NCBI GenBank assembly: GCA_946965045.2
Contig: OX337228.1
Location: 4,154,001 to 4,218,000, forward strand
Source of the DNA: Epithemia pelagica
Taxonomy: Eukaryota; Protista; Bacillariophyta
Direction: 5' to 3'
DNA: 64,000 nucleotides
This document shows, in pieces, positions 55,972-64,000 of the stretch (positions within the stretch are counted from its first letter, which is position 1; every line of letters starts with the position of its first letter). The notes beneath the pieces are model-generated. The model made no database searches, was not told the origin of the DNA, and saw only the letters and a list, made by a program, of their open reading frames with translations. The position numbers and the translations under genes are program-made.

Positions 55972-57660
55972 ATGATGTTGTCATCCATGGAAATGGAACC
56001 CTCACGAGACCTTAAACCTCCGATTACCCGAGATTGGAGGGGACGAGGACTTGTATGGCAAGGTCGAAGCTTTCATTCAGGGCCAAAGCTGTTCATGGTC
56101 TGCCTATTGTTGCTGTTTTGCAATGCAATCAAGTTCTCCTTCAGTTTTGACTCCACGTCATTCCGCAGAACAATTGGTCATGGACAAATCCATGCCATAT
56201 CAGGAAATTACTTAAAACATCGCCAACCAACTGCTAGGTGGAAGAAGGGGCAATGTGAACCATCACCGCATCGGATTCGCTCCCTTTCCTGGGAAGTGTA
56301 TTCCTCTGGGTTTGACGACAGCTTTGCAAGTGTTTGCAATGACAAAGAACACTTTGCTTACACCGATATAAGCAATGTTGATCGTGTGTTTTGCTTATCA
56401 GACTTACACACGGACCACACAGCGAATCTCAAGTGGCTGAAAGGCAGAGTGCAAACAGGCCCTTCAACAGACGCTCCAGAGGACAACATTGAGCCGTTGA
56501 ATGAACGTGATTTAGTAGTGGTGGCAGGGGATATATCGCATCACATTGATACCTTTGTTGAAACCCTACGAACACTTCGCTCCAAATGTCAGGTTTTCTT
56601 TGTCCCTGGAAATCACGAAGCCTGGCTGCCAAGCAATGATCCATCCAAAGATTCACTGGACAAACTTGATCGGTTGAAACGATTGTGCTATGAGGAGGGA
56701 GTTTACACTGATCCAATACGAATACGAGTGCCCTTTAATGCAACAACACGATCATTGACGACGTGCAATTCATCTGCGACACCCATTTCTTTGCGCTCCC
56801 TATGGATAATCCCATTGCAATGTTGGTACGATGGGACGCTCTCGTTTTCAGAAGAGCTGTGCCACGATTTTGGCAAATGGCCATGGGTGGATTTCCAGCA
56901 GTGCAATTGGCCAGTGGATCAATTCCCTCCCGGTCTTAAAGGAGAAGAATCCTATCGAATTCCACAAGGACTGGTTGATTACTTTTTGGAACAGAACCGA
57001 CAGCAGTGGAATGACATTCAATCCGCCATGTCTCCGTCCGAGTCTCCTCTCAATGGCCAAGATGATGACGAATCTATGGTTATGACGGTATCGCACTTCT
57101 TGCCCAACAAGCAATGCTTGCCTGATTGGAAGGACCTTGATGCAACCGAGTTTGATTTGGAGAGCTGGCTGGACCATGGGGGTGGTGGCACCAGTGCCAA
57201 GTTTGCCAAAGTTGCAGGGTCTCGGTTATTGGACGAACAACTTCGGACCATTTCTGCTCAGTTACGGGGCCTACGAAAAAAGGAAACTGGTGCCAATGAT
57301 GCACAGTCTTTCGGGGATGAAGTGAATTTCAAAGACGACGTGGACTATCGTCATATGCATGTGTTTGGACACTCGCACCGACCCAAAGACTTTTGCTGGA
57401 ATGGTGTTCGGTATATACACAATCCATTGGGGAAACCACGAGAGCGGAATCTGTACATGATCTCTCCCAACGTCGATTTTCAACTCTTATGGACGGCCCA
57501 CGAGGGTCCCGTTCCAGGTGAAACAATCTTGCGGTATTGGGACGAAAAGGGTGGCGGGAAAGAAGCCCTGTGGCGTCGATTGGAATCGCTTCGACCGTCG
57601 TATTCCAAACGAGAGCAGCGAATGGAACGCCAATCAGCGCATCAAGATCAAAAGGCTTAG
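55972..57660 (+). CDS. Calcineurin-like metallophosphoesterase
   Basis: All five motif blocks are present: LSDLH, VAGDISH, VPGNHEAW, VSHFLP, VFGHSH. Hydrophobic segment near the N-terminus; start uncertain. Confidence 0.88.
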   Translation: MMLSSMEMEPSRDLKPPITRDWRGRGLVWQGRSFHSGPKLFMVCLLLLFCNAIKFSFSFDSTSFRRTIGHGQIHAISGNYLKHRQPTARWKKGQCEPSPHRIRSLSWEVYSSGFDDSFASVCNDKEHFAYTDISNVDRVFCLSDLHTDHTANLKWLKGRVQTGPSTDAPEDNIEPLNERDLVVVAGDISHHIDTFVETLRTLRSKCQVFFVPGNHEAWLPSNDPSKDSLDKLDRLKRLCYEEGVYTDPIRIRVPFNATTRSLTTCNSSATPISLRSLWIIPLQCWYDGTLSFSEELCHDFGKWPWVDFQQCNWPVDQFPPGLKGEESYRIPQGLVDYFLEQNRQQWNDIQSAMSPSESPLNGQDDDESMVMTVSHFLPNKQCLPDWKDLDATEFDLESWLDHGGGGTSAKFAKVAGSRLLDEQLRTISAQLRGLRKKETGANDAQSFGDEVNFKDDVDYRHMHVFGHSHRPKDFCWNGVRYIHNPLGKPRERNLYMISPNVDFQLLWTAHEGPVPGETILRYWDEKGGGKEALWRRLESLRPSYSKREQRMERQSAHQDQKA

Positions 57661-58204
57661 ACGGAACTGTTTAGAGTCCTAAACTCAATGTCCCGTCGTT
57701 GTTGAAACTGTTCAATTTCTTTTCTTGGAGAAAAGACAACGATACAGCAAGCATGTACCCTGATACATCCTTAGACCATATGGGCGCCTCGAACTTGAAC
57801 AGGCAGATTGAAAAATGCAGTTGTTTTGTTCTCGATACCGAAGCTGATCAAGATACATTGCGAACCCATTGATTAATACTATCCCCAATGATATGGCTAG
57901 CATGATAGACAGTTATCATGCAGGATAATTTGAGGCTCTACTTGTGAAATGAAACCTGGCCTCTATTAGAGAGATTACTGTGATACACTTTACCCACATG
58001 AGCATATGCTTTCCAATTTCCAGGGAGGAGGCTTGATAGATGATTGACACTATTCCTTCACACTGCCTTTTTGTCGTAGTTACAATAAGGACTGTCACGT
58101 CAGCTGAACTTTCTGACAAATGTACACAACGAACGGGACCGCCTAGGACCTGTTTCGTTACTCGGTTGCAGCAACCAATCGTGACGCGGGAACGGGGCTT
58201 TCTC

Positions 58205-58558
58205 TCAGATATCATCCTCATCAAATGCGTTGCACCTCCGAATAGTTAATACATTGTCCATTTCTTCGTCCCGAAAGGAGAGTCTTGGTCGGGACAAGAA
58301 AATGGACTTGTACGACTGTGAAGGCTCCTTGTCGAAGTGATCGTGATCAGTGTCTTCGGAAAAGGTTCGCTTCCGTGCGATAATAGGTGTCATGGTTACT
58401 GGTCGTTGTGGTGTTGTTTGGCCTTCCAAGTGGCGGTGTTTGGTTTTCCTCTTGATGCTGGGTGACACGGGATCGTCCACAGTCACTGTCGATTCTGTGC
58501 TTTCCGTTTTGTGGATACCAGGAACTGGGCTTTGAATCATTCGGTTGGTTGTCTTCAT
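58205..58558 (-). CDS. Small low-complexity protein of unknown function
   Basis: 117-aa ATG-initiated ORF with Ser/Thr/Pro-rich composition (RKRTFSE, RPRLSFR). No recognisable domain. Confidence 0.45.
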   Translation of the reverse strand: MKTTNRMIQSPVPGIHKTESTESTVTVDDPVSPSIKRKTKHRHLEGQTTPQRPVTMTPIIARKRTFSEDTDHDHFDKEPSQSYKSIFLSRPRLSFRDEEMDNVLTIRRCNAFDEDDI

Positions 58559-59570
58559 GATAGCGGCCGTTAGAGTCGTGCTTGTTCTAGAGTCAGCTTC
58601 TTGTTCGGGTACTCGCTTTTTCGTTCACGTTCGTTCTTGGAAACAACAAAATAATGGGGGAAGCAGGCCAAGATGCAAACAAACAAACAAACAACAAACA
58701 CAAGTCTCAAGTCTCCCTCTCCCACGAACGGTCCTTTTTGTGGGTCTCAGAGCCTGTGATGGTTGGACTGTCGGCTGGATTGATCGCTTTGCAAGTGTGT
58801 ATGTTTTTGAATGCGCCAAGGCACATACAAGAGGGACAACAAAAACCCGTGGAGAGAGCCGTTAAAACCATGCGCAATTGTATCCGTACCAAATAAACTT
58901 CCACTCATTACCAGTAAAGCCCAGTCCCACGGGAGATTAATCTGGGCGGGGGGGCAGTTGTTCTTCAAAAATTTGGAGATGGATTGGCAACTTCGGATGA
59001 GTTCAAAAGTTGACAGGGACTACTTGTAAACGCCAGCATGGCTGCTCGTAGGAGTACTGGTCGTACGCATACTCGTACTCGTACTCTACGCGAATCAGTT
59101 CAATTTAAAAATTCGGAGACATCCAATTTTAAGTATTGTTGTAGCTAAGCCCTGGTCGGAGGATTCAGTAAGGTATTCAGTAGTTGCCTGCAACACAAAA
59201 AATTAGATCGTAGACAAAAAGCAATTCCCAATCCCAATTCCAACGCATTGCTAAACAACAACTATTGCTAACTGCTAACGTTGGCAGTTGGCAAAGGGAA
59301 CAGGGAACAGGGACCATCCAGAATCCAGATTCCAATTCCAGATGCTTGAAGTGGTAGGGATTCATTCTCCGATGCCGCAATCCCCCATTGATGATTGATG
59401 TCCGCTTCGTGGACAACTCCCCTCTTCTCGTATGTGCATAGCTTGAATCTTGAACGCGGAGTGAAAAAGGTGGAGGTTGACCTGCGGCTGGCTTTCTTAC
59501 TTCTGACTTCTCCCCTTCCTCTTCGTTGGTTCTCTTTTCGTTGTGTCTTTCTTGAATGGAAATTCTGTGA

Positions 59571-60515
59571 ATGTCGTTTCGATGGGTCGTTCTGGTTCAC
59601 ACGTTGGTTTTCGTTTGCTTCCAATCCATTCAAGTTTTGTCGAAGAGAGATGGTCCAATGAACGACGACACTCGTATTCGAGAAGCGATTCAAGATATTC
59701 TCAAGTTTTTGCGGCAAAGTCATGACGAGAGGTCCGCTTTGTTGGAAAGATCTCGCCGTCCTTGTGTCACGCTCTCCTTTGCTCAAAGCTTGGACGGAAA
59801 GCTGGCTCCCTTTGTCCCACCGACAACAACAAGCACCAATGACAATGCCACTGCAACAGCGTCTAACTTTGTCCTCAGTGGCAAGGAGACGATGCAAATG
59901 ACTCATGCGATCCGATCCATAAATGACGGCATCTTGGTCGGAGGACGAACGCTTTCAATCGATAATCCGCGTCTCACCAATCGATTGTGGGCAAACCAGC
60001 AAGGGCAACCTAGACCCATTGTTCTCGATCCAACCTTGCGGCACACGGCTTTGATGATGAAAGAAGGTCGGCATCTCCGAGCCAAGAGGCTTGTCGTGTT
60101 TTGCTCCAACAACACTACGCCGCATGAGGACGATTCTCACCGTCAGCTGCTCGAATATTTGACGAGTGAGTGTGGTTGTGAGATTGTGCCTTGTTCTACT
60201 TTGGAGAATGGGCATTTAGATCTCCATCAAGTGCTTTCCATCCTTTGGAACCGGTATGGCATGCGCTCTCTCATGGTCGAAGGTGGTGGTTCAATCCTTT
60301 CCTCCTTTCTAGAACTTGGTTTATTTGATAGCCTTTGTGTAACAATTGCACCTCGCATGTTGCTGGGTTCTGGTTTGGACATTTCAACAAGTGAAGCAAT
60401 TCCTCTTGGACGGCTTGTTCAAGACCATGCTATACGCTGGAAACAACTTGGGAGTGACATGGTCCTTCTCATGTCTGCTACGCGACTTTCTTCGAGTCCT
60501 GGAAATAGAGAGTAG
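59571..60515 (+). CDS. RibD C-terminal/Rib7-type pyrimidine reductase (riboflavin biosynthesis)
   Basis: VTLSFAQSLDGKLA, THAIRSINDGILVGGRTLSIDNPRLT, PRPIVLD, SLMVEGGGSILSSFL. Hydrophobic N-terminal leader. Confidence 0.9.
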   Translation: MSFRWVVLVHTLVFVCFQSIQVLSKRDGPMNDDTRIREAIQDILKFLRQSHDERSALLERSRRPCVTLSFAQSLDGKLAPFVPPTTTSTNDNATATASNFVLSGKETMQMTHAIRSINDGILVGGRTLSIDNPRLTNRLWANQQGQPRPIVLDPTLRHTALMMKEGRHLRAKRLVVFCSNNTTPHEDDSHRQLLEYLTSECGCEIVPCSTLENGHLDLHQVLSILWNRYGMRSLMVEGGGSILSSFLELGLFDSLCVTIAPRMLLGSGLDISTSEAIPLGRLVQDHAIRWKQLGSDMVLLMSATRLSSSPGNRE

Positions 60516-60637
60516 CTTTGACCCTCATAAGGGATAAGGTTTCTATGTGATCCAACATGCATTTGCTATATATATATGTGTATACGAACTATTCTCTCCA
60601 CAGACGTTGTATTCAGACGTCCATCATACTCATCGGT

Positions 60638-62597
60638 TTAGGCGTCAGCGTCTGGAGAAGTCATTTTGGCTTGTTTCTTCTGTTTCTTTCGTTCCTTCCA
60701 TGCTGCAAAGCTGCCGCTTGCATATGTTTCTGTACCACCACCACCAGATGAGGCTGCCATATTCCCTTGAAGAAGATCGGTGGCTCGCTTCTTTTTCACC
60801 ACAGAGGAAGCGCCGGGGAAACTGCTTTCCTTTGCAGGCTTCTTGGAGTCTTTCGACGGTGAAACCGCCATCGACCGAACTGTCGGAGCAGCAACTGCCA
60901 CATTTGTAGTCATCGCAGCAGCAGCGGCGGCTGCTGCTGGCCTGGCATTGCTCTCCGCCTGGGGGGTTGAATCCAGTTCCTCCGGAGATTTGAGAGGTGT
61001 GTCTAAATCACTAACAGCGAGAACGTCCATAAGCCACGCGGACATCATGTCTCCCTCTTTGGTTGCAGGACGTCGCCCCAGAAGTGAGGCCCAGCGTTCC
61101 ATGCGCTCGCGGCTGATCTTTGGGTTTTCATGATACTGCTGCATAGCCGCCACAGCGGCGGCCGCAGCAGGAGCCGCTCGGTTGGGTTCATGGGTCACTG
61201 TGGACGATTGGACAAGGCCTTGAGGCATGTCTTCCTTGTCATTGGATTCAGCGCTATTCGACGACAAGCCATCGGCATCGCTGTTCGAGCGTTTAGCCGT
61301 TATCTGGGATGGGATATCGCGCTTGCCACTAACCTCATCTTCACCCCCCGAGTCATCGGCATCACCTTGCAACGGAGGAACATCTTCACCACCATGCTTG
61401 TGGCGTTTGCGGAAGTTGCGTTTCGCAACGGGCACTTTGCAATGCGAGCAGTAGCGGAACTTGATTCCCGCATTTCTGCAGGCAAAATAGGAACAAATCA
61501 ACTCTTCACCGTGTTTCACATTCTCCGGAATAACAAAATATGCAGTCTATCCGCAACAACAAGGAAGATGTCAGTTCATACCCAATGAAAAGAAGATCAA
61601 CAACCTGACGCTTCGTAATTACCTTGAAATTGTGGTCCATTGGCATACCACGTGCCCGGCAAGGAACAATAACCGACCCAGGAGTCTTTTCGAGCTCTTC
61701 TTTTGTGTTTGCTTCGATAGGAGGGATAACAGTGCAAACTTCTTCACTCGGAAGAGGATCCTTCTTGCTATTTTGGGATGTGTCCATTGTGGCAGGGCGG
61801 GGAATGTGACCTCCTGGACTCCGTTCATCTCTGATAACAGGGCCTCGAACGGTGTTGGAAGCCTCACGTGAGGCCGCAACAGCAGCAGCGCCGGGTGGTA
61901 ACATCGTAGGAGGAGCTGTGCCAGTAGCCATGAGTCGCTGGCGTCGTTCGATTTCTTCCAACCTCTGCAGGCTCTCCAGCTCCGAGGCCAGTCCACCAGG
62001 AGCAGGAACGGGGGGTCCTAGTCCATTCATAGTTGGAGCCGGAGGGGCAACTCCTCCAAGGAAACTCGATGTGGCTCCAGAAAAGGCGCCAGTACGCGAT
62101 AAAGCAAGGATATCAGCATGGCTTAGCTGTGGCTGATGAGGCTGCTGCCGAAGCTGGGCGGCAGCGAGAGCAGACCGGATGTCTACGGGCCCTGGAGCTG
62201 CAGGAACAGTACCAGCGCTCAGACCCAGAAGAGATGCGAGCTGTTGATTCTGACTCGGGTTGGGCGGGCCAGCACCGCCCAACTGAGATAGGATATTGTG
62301 GTCTCTCAGTTGAGACAAGAGAGCCGACGAAGGAGCCCCTAAGAACTGTTGCCGATGTTGTTGCTGATGTTGCTGCTGGAGAAACAATTGCTCTTCGAGG
62401 GACGTACCAGTTGGTTCGCTACTGGTGAAACCACGCAAACGCAAAGTGTCTGCTAGGCTCTGGCCTTGAAAGCCTTCAGCCGCAGCATCACGCTGTGACT
62501 GCGAGGCATCACGACTATCAGCAGCGTTTACCAAAAGAGACAAAGCGGACTGCCCATCTCCGGGCGTTGGGCCGCCAGTATTCGGGCGAGTATTCAT
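60638..62597 (-). CDS. Gln/Ala/Pro-rich protein with a Cys/His putative zinc-binding domain; 2 exons (62597-61623, 61546-60638), 627 aa
   Basis: A 76-nt phase-0 intron joins VPCRARGMPMDHNFK|TAYFVIPENVKHGEELICSYFACRNAGIKFRYCSHCKVPVAKRNFRKRHKH. Low-complexity flanks and a basic C-terminal NLS-like stretch. Confidence 0.8.
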
Positions 62598-63813
62598 AGG
62601 TTGTTTAATTCTCTCTCTTCACTCTGCGAAAATGGGGAGAGAAAAGAGATCCTACCACCTACCAGATGCGAGATGCGAGGAGCGAGGAGCCCACTCTATT
62701 TAAGTGCAGGGGGAAATGTGCAATGTGAGCCGTGTGCGTTGTGTTTTGTGTTGTGTGCGTTGTGCGTTGTGACTTGTCTTGTGACCACAACGCATCACAG
62801 ATCACAGATTACAGATTACAGATCAAAGACATTCACTGGTCACTGGACATGGGAAATCGGAATTGGGAATTGGACAGTCAGCAGTCAGTCAACGGAGAGC
62901 AACGCCCAATCCCGCCCCAATGCCCCCAATCCAAGAAACGAACTGGGCTTATGCTATGACTACGAGAATGACTACCCTTCAAACTTAAAAAAATTAGAGG
63001 TCCGTCCTGCGGTAAGCGGTCACGCATCTCCAGCGCTGGAGAATCTCCAGCAGAGACTTTCAGTTGCGTGTAAGGTAAGCGCTACCTTAGTCTCACCGTG
63101 TGGGATCTGGGACATGGGACTCTTTTCTCTGCACTGGTCACTATTATTTATCCTTTCTCATTTGTATGTTTCATACCGGTCACCCTGCAAGTTGCTGTGC
63201 CATTCATTTGCTCCACACAACCTTCCAAAATGACTGATTGCAATGACAATGATGACTCTTCAACGGTGGAAGAGTACTATGGATGGCTCAATCCGAAGCA
63301 CACCCCGAAAGTGAAGGTTCTGTAAGTGGACACCTATCAGTGTATTCTTGAAAGGAGAGAATATTGACATGTCTACAAAACAAAAAGATTATGCTGGAGA
63401 CCAAGCAACTATTCCACCACTGGAAAGGAAAGCTCTCACCAATATAGGAGTAGGTGCTCTAGTTACTACTCCTAGCTCGGCATTTTTATCATGGTAGCAC
63501 AGGTCGTCTTTTCTCCAGCGGATGCGCATAGCTCCAGCAGAGATGAGCTGTTGCGGGACCGACCTCTACAAAAAGTCTCAAAGCCGCCCCCATCTACCAT
63601 CTACTAGCTAGTACAACGTACGAGTAGGTCAAAGATCACACACAAAAAGAAAAAATAACACAATTACTAGTTGCAGCTAGCTCTAGGTAGTACCCCCGTT
63701 AAGTACGACTTCGTGTACGAACAATGAACAATGAACACCTCAAACTGCACACAAAGGAAAAGGGAAAAGGAAAAAGGAGCGAAGTGGAAGAACGGAAAAT
63801 GGGAGATTGTTGC

Positions 63814-63917
63814 TTCTGGGTTCTGGGTTCTGGGTTCTGGGTTCTGGGTGCTTTGTGCTTGGTGCTTGGTGTGCTTGGTTGGTTGTTGGTTGGCCATTGG
63901 CCATGGACATTGGACAT
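63814..63917. repeat. Compound heptanucleotide tandem repeats
   Basis: (TTCTGGG)x5 at 63814-63848, then TGCTTTG/TGCTTGG units and TTGGCCA/TGGACAT doublets. Confidence 0.85.
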
Positions 63918-64000
63918 TCTCCCGTACTGAAAATTGAATCTACAAAATACGAATCCCGGAGACTAACTAATGTAGTACTGACCACTTGCTGAAATACAGT

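Noticed and set aside
63230-63500. Short coding-like segments (MTDCNDNDDSSTVEEYYGWLNPKH...; TPISVFLKGENIDMSTK...) in different frames
   Set aside because: They cannot be joined by a plausible-length intron and show no homology cue. This may be a pseudogene fragment or chance.
62601-63992. Several 60-210-aa ORFs upstream of the Zn-domain gene
   Set aside because: They are translations of heptamer tandem repeats (for example LGSGFWVLGSG) and have alternative starts, so they are not credible proteins.

Overview
This is a gene-dense stretch of a eukaryotic nuclear genome, most likely a diatom. The evidence is bipartite ASAFAP-type plastid-targeting presequences, a light-dependent protochlorophyllide reductase, short GT-AG introns (65-297 nt) and short intergenic spacers. 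The species cannot be determined from the sequence. I reconstructed about 35 protein-coding genes, with exon boundaries worked out by hand and checked for reading frame. They include cell-cycle genes (Aurora kinase, Pin1, Cdc45), trafficking genes (VAMP7-like, sorting nexin, AP-2 alpha), MED21, NOL10, POR, a head-to-head pair of phosphoglycerate dehydrogenases, a prephenate dehydratase-arogenate dehydrogenase fusion and several small organelle-targeted proteins. Five observations stand out. (1) A cluster of three paralogous single-pass membrane proteins is built from repeating three-unit EGF-like modules; they share an intron position, and two share a C-terminal motif. (2) The 8-mer TAGGAGTA/TACTCCTA was found 20 times, always outside coding sequence. 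(3) A 1.4-kb non-autonomous DNA transposon has perfect 85-bp terminal inverted repeats. (4) A probable nucleus-encoded Cox1 C-terminal fragment sits in a small mitochondrial gene cluster. (5) The dehydrogenase half of the PDT-ADH fusion carries non-canonical cofactor-binding residues. No rRNA, tRNA or CRISPR arrays were seen. All family assignments come from motif recognition by eye; no database searches were run.
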